This document shows, one piece after another, positions 9,913-22,624 of a stretch of DNA of 64,000 nt (the first letter of the stretch is position 1; every line of letters begins with the position of its first letter). The notes under the pieces are model-generated. The model was given only the letters and a program-made list of their open reading frames with translations. It was not told where the DNA came from and did not search any database. The translations under genes and the position numbers were made by a program. Source of the stretch: Octopus bimaculoides (lineage: Eukaryota); the NCBI RefSeq assembly GCF_001194135.2, contig NC_068996.1, forward strand, positions 44,674,604 to 44,738,603. Reading direction: 5' to 3'.

Positions 9913-11735
9913 GTACTGTTGCTGAATATCTCACGTTGTGAGATTTAAAAATAGTAATTTTCGAAGATAATTTTGTTCAGCGATATGCTTAACTTTAATT
10001 CAATTATTAATGTTATATTTGAATGGCTGATAGTTTTAAAAACTGCACACTCTATAACCTTCACTATGTAGATGGTAACGTTTTCCATATATCTGTTTCG
10101 TTTTTTTGATTTTCATATCGTATTTTGTTGGTTATTGAGTTATAATGGGGTGGTCAATTTTTGTCTTTCTTTAACGGTGTGAGTGACCAAGAACTGTTTT
10201 CTTAACATGTACGAATACATTCACAGCTCGCACAAATGTAATTCTGTCCTGGTCCTTGGAAAAAAAAAAAAAAAAAAAATCAAAGAAAAACGAAAAACTC
10301 CAAGAAATTTGATATAAGAATATGTTTTTCTCAAGAAGAGTCAAATGTATTTAATCTGAAGGGGAAAGAAAAATCAAGATTTAGTTTATATTTAAACTTG
10401 TTTTTATTTAGTAACGAATTTTGTCATATTGTATGTGTCCCACGACGCCTATCAGATCATGATTTTCTTACGAAAGGGCCGACTTCACTTGACACTTTTG
10501 CAGAACTGAACATTTAGCATAAACTTCGACTTAGGTTTTTCTACCGATTATATTGCATCCTATTTCTCAGCAGTAGATTAGTGCTGTTTTGCAATTCGAT
10601 ATACTGGGGAAATATGCTAGAAAGTTCAAGGTTTGCAGTTCTTTGGTCAAGATGTAACCAAAAGTGTTCTTTCATATTTGGTATATGGCCAGATGGGGAG
10701 GTCAAAGTACAGAGCATTTTTGTTGTTCATAGACAACAATATCTTTGCTTTGTTTTTCAGCACTACTCTATTCTATTGCAGAGCTGCTTTTGTCTTCGAA
10801 AAACAAGTATCTTGAAAGGAACTTTGCATTGCAATTCTTAGTGTGTCTAAATGAATGTATGCTGTGTTTATTTTCTGTTTAAAACTTTTTTCATTTAGAT
10901 CGGTTATGTACTTTGTAACTACCCTATAATTTTTGGAACATTTTCTACGCAAAGGTCACCGAGTATTATTTCTGCACTTGTACTGAATTTAGGGCCTTCG
11001 AGTATAATTCAAAAATTCTTAGTTGTTGCTCGAAATTTCTTATCCTATGTACTCATACAACATACGATGTCAAATACCATACAGGAAACGTGCTCAGAAT
11101 TTATTCAAAGATGTCAAATCCGTTTCAAGCGAAGATATGTATAATAATAATGAGGGTAAAAAGTTACTAACCACACTGGTACCCACATTTAAACTATGTG
11201 GAGAGTTATACTGAAAAACTTTTCTAGGTTTACGTTTAGCATCATTTGTTGTGGATTGTTTTATATATGTCAGTTTAGTGCTAACCTGAAGCTAGCTAAA
11301 TCTGTAAAAGAGTATGTGACAGACAGCATTGTTCATTTCTACTCTGAGCAACTATAGGTTAGATACACTCTTCTATAGTTGTCTGTAATGTGGCTGGAGT
11401 TACAGACAGGTGGTTCCAATTACTATTTTTGAATCGTGTTCATTTATTGGGTTTATAATAAGTTTGATATTTGCTGCTGGTAGAGCTTGGTGACACATTT
11501 ACAAAATATATCATCTTCAGGTTTGTAGGTTTAGTAATCTTAAATAGAATGTTTTAGAGCATTATTTTGTGTAGTTTAGACTGTGGCTAAGTCTTGTCGA
11601 CTCGGGTAATTTGAGTACAACACGTCAGAACTAATTGACGAATTGTTAATTTTCAGTATATTTTAAATATATTATTCAACACCAGTATCTAAATACAAGA
11701 TACATTTTCAAAATCTTCAAAGAAATCTTCGAGCT

Positions 11736-11954
11736 GGCAGAAACGTAAGCACGCCGGGCGAAATTCTGAGCAGTATTTCGTCTGCCGTTACGTTCTGAAT
11801 TCAAATTCCGCCGAGATTGACTTTGCCTTTCAACCTTTCGGGGTCGATAAATTAAGTACCAGTTATGCACTGCAGTTGATGTAATCGACTTAATCCCTTT
11901 GTCTGTCCTTGTTTGTCCCCTCTATGTTTAGCCCCTTGTGCGCAATAAAGAAAT
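11736..11954 (+). mobile_element. SINE family B with about 16-bp target-site duplication
   Basis: aagaaatcttcgagct (11720-11735) and aagaaatctccgagct (11955-11970) flank the element. B box-like gaattcaaattcc. Confidence 0.9.
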
Positions 11955-12244
11955 AAGAAATCTCCGAGCTATGTTATCTAAATTGAAAATTCTACATTTT
12001 GGAAGGTACCCACGCACAGTTCTTTGCTTTTTAATAAAGAAGAAATTTGATGAAATAATAACAATTTTCTTGCATTTATTTTAGTGTTGATATTGAAATT
12101 ATATATATATTGTTTCCTTACCATTTCTATATTTCCAGAGCTTAAAAAACAGATAGTATTCTACAATATCAAAATAAGAAAATGTGCTTCTGGATTAATC
12201 TGTGATGTTGTTGAACCACTCCATAATAGTCCTGTTGCATTTCT

Positions 12245-12477
12245 TATTTCTTTATTGCCCACAAGGGGCTAAACATAGAAGGGACAAACAAGGACAGACA
12301 AAGGGATTAAGTCGATTTCATCGACCTCAGTGCGTAATTAGTACTTAATTTATCGACCCCGAAAGGATGAAAGGCAAAGTCGACCTCGGTGGAATTTGAA
12401 CTCAGAACTCAACGGCAGACGAAATACCGCTAAGCATTTCGCCCGGCGTGCTAACGGTTCTGCCAGCTCACCGCCTT
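12245..12477 (-). mobile_element. SINE family B with 14-bp target-site duplication
   Basis: cctgttgcatttct at 12231-12244 and 12478-12491. Confidence 0.92.
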
Positions 12478-12519
12478 CCTGTTGCATTTCTGTTAAGTTT
12501 TGTTGTGTTAGTTTTGCAT

Positions 12520-12918
12520 TTTCTTTACTTGTTTCAGGCATTTGACTGCGGCCATGCTGGAGCACCACCTTTAGTCGAGCAAATCGACCCCAGGACTTAT
12601 TCTTTGTAAGCCTAGTACTTATTCTATCGGTCACTTTTTGCCGAACCGCTAAGTTACTGGGAAATACACACACCAGCATCAGTTGTCAAGCGATGTTGGA
12701 GGGACAAGCACAGACACATACACGCACACACACACACACAAACACATATATATACATATACATATATACGACGAGCTTCTTTCAGTTTCCGTCTACCAAA
12801 TCCACTCACAAGGCTTTGGTCGGCTCGAGGCTATAGTAGTACCACGCAGTGGGATTGAACCCGGAACCATGTGGTTGGTAATCAAGCTACTTACCACGCA
12901 AACACCCCTGCGCCTATA
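12520..12918 (-). mobile_element. SINE family A, full length
   Basis: Head, internal CA/TA tract and tail are all present. Confidence 0.9.
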
Positions 12919-13701
12919 CAAGAATCTAGTAAACTTTTTACTAGTTTGATGAATCAGCATCAAAATGATCTATAACATTACCATTGTAATCCATTAATAC
13001 CATGTAGGGCTTTGTAGTTCGCGGTTTTACTGGATTTACTATATTTCATATTTATTCATAAGATTTTTGACATCCATTGATTACCCAACAGAAAATTGTT
13101 TCACTTGATTTATTCCATATACTTATTATTATATACTACATGGTTATTATATATTTCAGTCATGCTGAACATGATGGTAAAATTATTTTCATAATATCAT
13201 CAATATTTTGTTAGATATACTAACAATTATTTTCTGTCATGTGGAACATAGTAGTGAAATTACACTCGCATCAGACTTTTGTTGCTCTGCTAAACTTTCA
13301 ATAATGAAAAAAAAGAAAAATGATAGTCTTTATTTATTGTGATGCATTGAATATTTAGACAATGAGTCACGTAACAATGAGATATTATTAATAAAATGTT
13401 AAACAATTGATCGACCGGCATACCCATATTCTTATGTATTTATAAAATATTTAATGATGATATGATTTTAACAATTCTGGAACAATCTACTATGGAATTT
13501 ATTTAAGAGCAATGTTTTACAAATATTCAAGTAAGTTCTATTTCAAAATATAAGTTGTACAAGAAGAAAATTAAAAGAAATCATTCAGTTTTTCAATATT
13601 CTACTCCAGTCATGTTTGTTTTCTTTGATTATACCTCATTAATTTTGTGTTCATTGTTATAGGCAGTATAACGATGACTTTTAGACACTGCAAGACTTCT
13701 G

Positions 13702-14317
13702 TTCCTATGACAAGTAAAAGTGGAGTGAATGTAGTGATTTCAAGGTGTGGGAATTCTTACTCGAAGTACAGGATAGGAGCACTGAGTACCCTTACTTTGT
13801 TTCAACAGATAAAGCTGGCATCAATATGTCTGGTTATGAGGAAGTTTGGGAAGAAGAGGATGCAGCATGCTCATGCGAATATCCCAGGTCCAAAATCAGT
13901 TTAATAACAACCTAAAGGATTTAAATATTCTCGTCAAATCTGTTGCGGAGCTGCATTTTTCCAGATTGAAAGAATTAAACCTACTGGGTGTAAACGCAAC
14001 AAGTTCGAAACAGCAAACTTTAGCATGCAGCTTTTGCTTGTTTGCACTCATTTTCTGAGTCGACTGATGTAAGAAATCTCTTTGGATGAACAGTTTTAGA
14101 TGTGATCTGTTCGTTGATAACTCTGCAAGAAGTCTGAAACCATTTTTGCAACCAGTATCTATCTATTCTTGTTAGTCAATCCGTAAAATCGAAAGAATTT
14201 TTCAAAAATATTAAATCTTGTTCCTATGACAAGTAAAATTGGAGTGAATGTAGTGATTTCAAGATGTGGGAATTCTTACTCGAAGTGCAGGATGGAAGTA
14301 CTAAGTACTCTTACTTT
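13702..14317 (+). repeat. About 97-bp direct repeat (13702-13798 and 14221-14317)
   Basis: ttcctatgacaagtaaaa...gggaattcttactcgaagt...cttacttt occurs twice with several substitutions. Confidence 0.88.
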
Positions 14318-14329
14318 TTCTGCTTGTGA

Positions 14330-14910
14330 GATGACAAAGGTAGGGAAAAATACTATGTGATACGAGAACGGCAATATAGATCATCTCTGCAGCCATATAT
14401 TCAAAACGTGAAGCGCAATGCGTTTGCAACTATAGAAAAAGTCCTTCTGTGTTCCCCCTACATAAAACCGTGTTGGAGAAAACAATTCTTCACATTCTTA
14501 GACCGAAATATGGTGGAGACTATAATCAGATAAGAATAATGTTTTCGAAATTGTGACGTACAAAATTTGAAGTTGATATCTTTGTTGGGCTACAGGTGAT
14601 GTAGATTCTTGCACTCAAAGCTCTGGATATGAAAATGAAATGATAAAGAAAAGTGCTTTGAATGTATTTAAGAATGGTGTCAATGTGTTTCTGGACAACA
14701 ACGAAGCGGGCGAAATTGTGTAGGTTTTATTACAGTGCTGCTTCGCAGTTAGAGAAATATGGGATGCAGTATTTGCATCGAATCTTAGTGCTCTGCCAGA
14801 AGAGAATGCTGGATAATTCTATAAAGATATTGAGCTTAAAGAAAGGTGGTACCATGGTAGTTGGAATGAAGCAATGATGGATGATATAGTTCGAGAATAT
14901 AGTAGAAGGC
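14330..14910 (+). mobile_element. Decayed DNA transposase remnant, Chapaev3-like (tentative)
   Basis: Fragments VFASNLSALPEENAG*FYKDIELKERWYHGSWNEAMMDD and DVQNLKLISLLGY resemble the FFPENLGAVSDEHGERFHQDISVMEKRYQG.W...MLADY and DLKVIALLLG motifs as I recall them. Family assignment is from memory. Confidence 0.45.
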
Positions 14911-15249
14911 AAAAGAAACAAGGGAGGTCCAATGTCAACATCTGAGCATATTTATGTTTATGTCCTATTGATCTCCCACAGCTATTAAAGTTGTGCTGCA
15001 TTAATCATATTTGTTCGTTATAATTATATTAAACAATGTAGTTGAAATTACAATAAACCGTTGTTATAATAAGTATTTTCAGATGCAAGGAAATCGCATT
15101 AGTAACCCGGTTGTAGTTAGTGCAACGAAAATTTTGATATCATATAATAAATGTTTAAGTGAAATTAACGGACTTTGAGTGTTTTTGACTGGTTAATCTG
15201 TATCCTCCATGTTGTAATTGCTTCAATTTCAACTCACTCTTTACTCTTG

Positions 15250-15523
15250 TACTCTTTTACTTGTTTCAGTCATTTGACTGCGGCCATGCTGGAGCACCGC
15301 CTTTAGTCGAGCAAATCGACCCCAGGACTTATTCTTTGGAAGCCTAGTACTTATTCTATCGGTCTCTTTTGCCGAAACGCTAAGTTACGGGGGCGTAAAC
15401 ACACCACCATCGGTTGTCAAACGATGTTGGGGGACAAACATATACACACACACACACACACACATATATNNNNNNNNNNNNNNNNNNNNNNNNNNNNNNN
15501 NNNNNNNNNNNNNNNNNNNNNNN

Positions 15524-15560
<37 letters not shown>

Positions 15561-15738
15561 TATATATACATATATACGACGGGCTTCGTTCAGTTTCCGT
15601 CTACCAAATCCACTCACAAGGCTTTGGACGGCCCGATGCTATAGTAGAAGCCACTTGCCCATGGTGCTACGCAGTGGGACTGAAGCCGTAACAATGTGGT
15701 TGGTAAGCAAGCTACTTACCACACGGCCACTCCTGCAC
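15250..15738 (-). mobile_element. SINE family A with an assembly gap in its internal microsatellite
   Basis: Tail at 15250-15440, gap at 15470-15523 within CA/TA, head to about 15738. Confidence 0.9.
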
Positions 15739-16109
15739 CTACACTGTCTACGATCAAATCTCTTCACTGACTAGTACATCTCTAAAATAATAATTATGTT
15801 ATCATAATTGTTATATTATACATCTTGTATTTTATCATATAACGCCGTTAAATTATAATATATTACAATGGATATTCTGTTTCCTTTATTATTTCATTAT
15901 ACAATACGACTTTTACAATATGTTAAACAATGTCATTAAATTAGAATATATTACAATGAACATTCTCTTTTTTTAATGTTTTATAAAACCATTAAATTAT
16001 AATATATTGTATTACAGTATTGTATTCTCTTTACTATCATGTAAATTTTTGTCGATATACAAACTTTAATGTGGTTTTCGTATTCAGGATGTTAAACTTG
16101 ATAGAAGAA

Positions 16110-16320
16110 AACACAAAATGGCAGCGGCTTTTTCTGCTTCTTCCATTTCTGGCGATAACATGCATTGCTTTGGCAATCGACCTCCCGTATCTCACATGTC
16201 TTCAACAAGGATTTCACACAGTCCTTAAATCGTAGTCTTGGTTTCTGCTAGGGGTGCTCTCTACAAATAAGTTTGCCACACAGCATCTGCTTAGGCATCC
16301 TCTAATCATTCATTCGAATA
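16110..16320 (-). mobile_element. RTE-clade LINE 3' coding fragment
   Basis: IRMND*RMPKQMLCGKL...KPRLRFKDCVK, matching the RTE C-terminal R.PKQLLYGEL...GRP.LRFKD motif. Confidence 0.7.
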
Positions 16321-16339
16321 AGGTATACAAACAAACGTA

Positions 16340-16377
16340 AACGGTGATTGTGCAAACATACATACATACATGAATAC

Positions 16378-16408
<31 letters not shown>

Positions 16409-16979
16409 CATACTCACTGCAAACATATATACATACATACGCACATACATAGATGCATGCATTCATTCATACAAATACATACATACATACATACATACAT
16501 GCATACACACATACATACATACATATATACATACATACATACACATATATATGCATGCATTCATACATACCAAGATATACATGCATGCATGAAGGCATAC
16601 ATACGTTCATACATACATAATACGTATATTTGCATACATACGTTCATACATACATAATACATATATTTGCATATATACATGCATAAATACATACGTTCAT
16701 ACATACATAATACATATATTTGCCATACATACATACATATATAAACATGCGTGCATACGTACATACATACATACATAATGCATACCTACATATATATGCA
16801 TGCATACATACGCATATACATATATACATACACACATACATACATACATACATACACACATATATACATATATGCATAGACACATATAAACACATATATA
16901 CGTACATATATACATACATGCATGCATATATACATATATACACACATATACATGCATGCATACATATGAAATACACACA

Positions 16980-17030
<51 letters not shown>
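16340..17030. repeat. Compound (TACA)n/(CT)n/(CA)n microsatellite field
   Basis: Seen directly. Confidence 0.97.
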
Positions 17031-17031
<1 letters not shown>

Positions 17032-18277
17032 TGAAATTCTTATCGCAATGCATCAGGTAATCCCAGGCCATGCTAACGGATACATGACCAGAGTGCGTCG
17101 CTCAAGGATCTAACGCCAAAGTAAGCGGTTTGTGGTGAAATAGAACCATTCTCGGGGTAACTTCCAACACAGCCAAGAATGGCTCTAAAAAAAAGTTGTT
17201 ATGTGTATATGAATTACAAACGACTGTACTAATCGATAATAATCTGGAAAAGGGTTTTATCAAGGGGTTTTCTGAAGCCCCTTGTGTCGATAGCCTCGAA
17301 AATGATTAAGAAATCACGTACTGAAAGCACACATTCATAAAATCTCAATAGATTTGGATTTATATCAGTGACTTGCCATATTACAGATTTATAAATTAGA
17401 TATATGGCATATCAATATTCTATCGATGTCTATTTCTAGGTTGCATCATGCAAAGAGAGAAAGAGAGGAAGAGAGAGAAAGAAAGAAAGAGGCAAGTAGC
17501 AAAAAATGAGAATGAAATACGTTTTTTATTTCACTAAATCAGCTCAAAGATATACAAGCGAAAACGCATTGTCAGATTAACACGTACAGAATATTAACTC
17601 TAATGAATGCAAAACCTGATATAGATGAACATTAATTAATGCAAAACAAATGGAAATATTCTGACGTGAAAAATACGAGTAAACATTAATTAATGCAAAA
17701 ACTTGATACGAAAAATGCCTGTACATTTTTAATCTGCAGCACAGTGTCTACAAAAGCGAAATCAATTTTCGGAGATCATTTCGTGAATCTTAATAGGTAA
17801 TTAGATAATCGATACTATGTTTAATTGATCATTAAACAGAAGCCAATGAGATCACTGAAGTTACAATAATTTTTTTTTACCATCTGAAGAAAGGTGAAGA
17901 AAGTACAATTAACTGAATGGATACACTCCGATTGCGTTTATGAAATTTTGGTTTCTCTTTCCTCCCCACTTCGACGTTATAATCATTATCGTTATCGCTT
18001 CTTCTAGGAGGTTGCCTCTAGCTAGTCATTGTCCCTGCTATAAATAACGGGAAGCCTCCCTCAAATGACATCCTGGATGATTTAGAAAGCAAAAATTAAA
18101 GAAGGACGCATAGGGTAACGTAGTCGTAGATAAACAACTCAGTTTGAAGAATAAGATTGTGTTGTCATGATTGGAAAGCTTTTCCACTGTCTGTTACGGA
18201 AAGGCTCCAGCTTACTTCTGAAAAAATCCTCCTCCTCCGCCTCTTCATTTAGAAAAAAATAAATAGCAAATACTAGA

Positions 18278-18613
18278 CTACAAACTGGCACTCCGTCGGT
18301 TACGACGAAGAGTGTTCCAGCTGAACCGATCAACGGAACAGCCTGCTCGTGAAATGAACGTAGAAGTGTCTGACCACTCCACAGACACACATATACTTGA
18401 CGCAGGGCTCAAGGAGATTCAGTGTGACACAGAATGTGACAAGGCTGACCCTTTAAATTTCAGGCACTGCACATTTTTACCAGCTGAGTTGCCCGGAGCA
18501 ATGTGAAATAAATAAAGTGTCTTGTTCAAGGACACATCGCGCCGCCGGGTATCGAACCCACGACCTTACGATCGAGAGCCGAATACCCTAACCACTAATC
18601 CACGCGCCTTCAC
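18278..18613 (-). mobile_element. tRNA-derived SINE, family C1
   Basis: Minus-strand head gcgcgtggattagtggttaggg...gggttcgatacccgg, then tgtgtccttgaacaagacactt. The 3' about 200 bp is shared with 32445-32630. Confidence 0.85.
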
Positions 18614-18767
18614 ACATACAACACTACAAGATAAATGAATACTATTCAAGATATAGAATTTACACTAAATTCTTATGATCCTTCTCTTCCTCCTTGTCCT
18701 TCTCTCTATCATCATTATCACCTTCGATTTATCCTCATAATTTTGTAAAACAATAAAAGGTATATTT

Positions 18768-19173
18768 TTTACTCTTTTACTTGTTTCAGTCATTTGACTG
18801 CGTCCATGCTAGAGCACCGCTTTTATAGTTGAGCAAACCGACTCCAGAGCTTATTCTTTGTAATCCTAGTACTTATTCTATCGGTCTCTTTTGCCGAACT
18901 GCTAGGTTACGGGGACGTAAAAACACCAGCATCGCTTGTCAAGCTGTGCTGGAGGTGGGTAGGACAAACAGACACACAAACATACACATATATATATATA
19001 TACATATACGACGGGCTTCTTCCAGTTTCCGGCTACCAAATTCACTCACAAGTCTTTGGTCTGCTCGAGGCTATGGTAGAAGACACTTGCCCAAGGTGCC
19101 ACGCAGTGGGACTGAACCCGGAACCATGTGGTTGGTAAGTAAGCTACTTACCATATAGCCACTCCGGCGCCTA
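18768..19173 (-). mobile_element. SINE family A, full length
   Basis: Head, internal CA/TA tract and tail are all present. Confidence 0.9.
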
Positions 19174-19527
19174 TCGATAAAAAGCATGAGGAACTTATCA
19201 ATTTAAAACACCAACATGACAATGTCCACTTCTAATGTTTGATTCATAACAACGATGTTTCAGAAATTGAGTTATAAGGAGACCGTATTTGATAAAATCA
19301 ATCATCCTATAGTGAGTGACACGGTAAGATTTTCCAACTTCATTCTACGCATCTTAATCGCATTCATTTGTCACCCTACCTTTCTCTTTGCCTCTTCATT
19401 TTTTTTTCATTTCTCCTTCATTTTCCCCTCACACTTTCATTTGCCCTCTTCATTTCCCCGCACTCTTCCCTGCTACTTACTTCACGTATTTCAAGCTTCA
19501 TTATTTCATGGCTGTCTGAAGTATCAC

Positions 19528-19790
19528 GGACATATGGCGTAGTGGTTAAGAGCGCGGGCTACTAACGCCAAGTTTTCGAGTTCGATTCCAGGCAGTGACC
19601 TGAATAATAATAATAATAATAATATTAATAACATCAAAAAAATACCTTAGGAATGAGAATCTAGGTTCGAAATTTCCCCAAGACACCTGATTAAGGCTGG
19701 AGGTTATACCAGCCGAAACGCTGTGTTAACAACAGACAAGATGGGTAACAAATATCCGTCAAATGTAAATAATGTAAATAATGTTCATTA
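19528..19790 (+). mobile_element. tRNA-headed SINE (family D) with an (AAT)n linker and hammerhead-containing 3' part
   Basis: A box tggcgtagtgg, B box gagttcgattcc, (AAT)n at about 19603-19630, hammerhead motif at 19682-19727, and aatgtaaat tandem tail. Confidence 0.82.
19682..19727 (+). ncRNA. Type I hammerhead ribozyme motif, degenerate
   Basis: GACAC-CUGAUUA-A-GGCUGG(agguuaua)CCAGCC-GAAAC-GCU-GUGUU. G8 and the cleavage-site U are mutated relative to the 33.6-33.8 kb copies. Confidence 0.7.
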
Positions 19791-19958
19791 CATCTCATAA
19801 TGGATTAATTTTTTAGTTTAATCTTACCTCCCCGATTTCATTTATTCCATCGTGTTTCTAATTTTCAAGGTCCGTAGTTTTCCTATTTCTTTTTCTTTTC
19901 TGTTTTTCTTTTCTCTTTTTTTTGTCGAATCGCTCAAATTCAAAATTTGCCTTATAAA

Positions 19959-20167
19959 GTGAATATTTATATAGATATTATTATTGTTATTATTATCGAG
20001 GGCAATATAAATAAATTATAATAATTTAAAATTGATATAAATTGTTATTCTATCGCTATACAATGTTATTTTGAGCCTGTAACCACATTTTAATGTTACT
20101 ATTAGCGTCATTCATTTATATTGCCCTCGATAATAATAATAATAATAATATCTATATAAATATTTAC
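19959..20167. repeat. Inverted repeat / MITE-like element with about 54-bp arms
   Basis: gtgaatatttatatagatatt...cgagggcaatataaat versus atttatattgccctcg...aatatctatataaatatttac. Confidence 0.85.
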
Positions 20168-20179
20168 TCCTGAATATTT

Positions 20180-20735
20180 GCTCCGTAGTTGTATTTTTCA
20201 CACTGTGGCTATTCTGATTTTGGCGCAAAACAACTCAGAGCGCCCCAGTAGATTTCAACGTAACGGGTTGGGAAGATTTTTCAAATGGTTGATGCGTGCT
20301 GAAGAAGTTAAATCTGCCATGTCAACCCAGAAACCGGTCAGAAAGAGCATTGTGCTCTATAGGTATGGGAAAGATTTTTTCGATCCGTTAACAATGTTAA
20401 AAAGGGCAGGGCCTTTTGAGGAAAAGAAATTGTGTTGTAATGTATTTACGTGTTGCGGTCCTGAATTGGGTAGGGGATTTATGGCCTGTGTTCCTAGTCT
20501 TGGATGAATTTTGAAGCTAATGTTGAGTTCGTTTGGGCAATGCTTATCGTATATTCTCCCCATCGTGCAAATGATGTATCGCTCACGGCGGCGCTGGAGA
20601 GAATAGTTTCAATACTTTAAGGTGGTCCCAATAATCGATATTAGTCGTGTCCTTAATTCTTTTAGTGAATGACCTCTGGGGTGATTCAATTTCCGAGATT
20701 TCTATTTTGTATAGGGAAACCACAGGTGACAGGTC
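20180..20735 (-). mobile_element. CR1-type LINE 3' region
   Basis: IESPQRSFTKRI...DYWDHLKVLKLFS(LQRRRERY) and HPRLG...TLQHNFFSSKGPALFNI, typical of a CR1-group ORF2 C-terminus. Confidence 0.8.
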
Positions 20736-21412
20736 ATATATATATATATGTGCGTGTGTGTTTCCGTATACATACATANNNNNNNNNNNNNNNNNNNNNN
20801 NNNNNNNNNNNNNNNNNNNNNNNNNNNNNNNNNNNNNNNNNNNNNNNNNNNNNNNNNNNNNNNNNNNNNNNNNNNNNNNNNNNNNNNNNNNNNNNNNNNN
20901 NNNNNNNNNNNNNNNNNNNNNNNNNNNNNNNNNNNNNNNNNNNNNNNNNNNNNNNNNNNNNNNNNNNNNNNNNNNNNNNNNNNNNNNNNNNNNNNNNNNN
21001 NNNNNNNNNNNNNNNNNNNNNNNNNNNNNNNNNNNNNNNNNNNNNNNNNNNNNNNNNNNNNNNNNNNNNNNNNNNNNNNNNNNNNNNNNNNNNNNNNNNN
21101 NNNNNNNNNNNNNNNNNNNNNNNNNNNNNNNNNNNNNNNNNNNNNNNNNNNNNNNNNNNNNNNNNNNNNNNNNNNNNNNNNNNNNNNNNNNNNNNNNNNN
21201 NNNNNNNNNNNNNNNNNNNNNNNNNNNNNNNNNNNNNNNNNNNNNNNNNNNNNNNNNNNNNNNNNNNNNNNNNNNNNNNNNNNNNNNNNNNNNNNNNNNN
21301 NNNNNNNNNNNNNNNNNNNNNNNNNNNNNNNNNNNNNNNNNNNNNNNNNNNNNNNNNNNNNNNNNNNNNNNNNNNNNNNNNNNNNNNNNNNNNNNNNNNN
21401 NNNNNNNNNNNG

Positions 21413-21820
21413 GACATAACATTTCTTACAGAAAAATCCGCTGCCAATGTTAATCGGTGCTTACGAAAGAAATTCCAAAAATAATATTCGTCATCTACAT
21501 AGGAGATTCGATCTAGTACATTGAGCTTCATCAGATTGAATATAAATGCGTAAAATAAAATAAAGGAAGTGAAGAGAGAAGAAGAAAGAGCAGGGCCTCG
21601 AGATGAGGCCAGAAGGCCCAATATATTAAAATCTGGCCTCATCCCGAGGCCCTGTTCTTTCCTCTTCCCTTCGTTTATTTTATTTTATGCATTTTTATTC
21701 GCTCTAATTAAGCTCCATGTACTAGATCGAATGTCCTATGAAGATGACGAATATTATTTTCGGAATTTCTTTCGTAAGCAGCGACTAACATTGGAAAACG
21801 GCTGTAAGAAATGTTATGTC
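21413..21820. repeat. Foldback element with about 190-200 bp diverged inverted arms and an 18-nt spacer
   Basis: The centre agggcctcgagatgaggccaga...tctggcctcatcccgaggccct pairs, and both strands translate to near-identical peptides (ORFs 20734-21642 - and 21569-21874 +). Confidence 0.9.
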
Positions 21821-22063
21821 ATGTTTGTATTAAAGAATAATCAACCAATGTTGGTCAATTTGCTTGTTTGCTGATCAAAAGTTTTCTCCATTTTCTGATT
21901 ATTTAAATTTGGTTTCTGATAATCTTTAGTTTATTCTGTTGTTACCTATCAGCATAGTGTGCCTGCATACCAATGCCAGGGATAGCATAGGAAGTTGATA
22001 CCAATAGTAAGAACGAATACTATCATCATCCCTTAGACGGTTATTACCACCGCTAGCTCGGCT

Positions 22064-22106
<43 letters not shown>

Positions 22107-22624
22107 NNNNNNNNNNNNNNNNNNNNNNNNNNNNNNNNNNNNNNNNNNNNNNNNNNNNNNNNNNNNNNNNNNNNNNNNNNNNNNNNNNNNNNNNNNNNNN
22201 NNNNNNNNNNNNNNNNNNNNNNNNNNNNNNNNNNNNNNNNNNNNNNNNNNNNNNNNNNNNNNNNNNNNNNNNNNNNNNNNNNNNNNNNNNNNNNNNNNNN
22301 NNNNNNNNNNNNNNNNNNNNNNNNNNNNNNNNNNNNNNNNNNNNNNNNNNNNNNNNNNNNNNNNNNNNNNNNNNNNNNNNNNNNNNNNNNNNNNNNNNNN
22401 NNNNNNNNNNNNNNNNNNNNNNNNNNNNNNNNNNNNNNNNNNNNNNNNNNNNNNNNNNNNNNNNNNNNNNNNNNNNNNNNNNNNNNNNNNNNNNNNNNNN
22501 NNTATATATACACATATATATACGTATCTATATCTATTCAACCACTCTATTATTATCTCCTTTTCATTCAATCTATTTTGTTTTTATCATTCGCCGTGTT
22601 GGACCACTGAACTCAACACGTTTC

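Noticed and set aside
15265-15295. SINE A tail AGUC(aaau)GACU-GAAAC-AA-GUA as a hammerhead 3' half
   Set aside because: No CUGANGA upstream in any copy. It is better explained as the LINE-type 3' stem-loop.
19528-19600. Functional tRNA gene
   Set aside because: A and B boxes are present but the acceptor stem does not pair, and the sequence continues into a repeat body. It is a SINE head.
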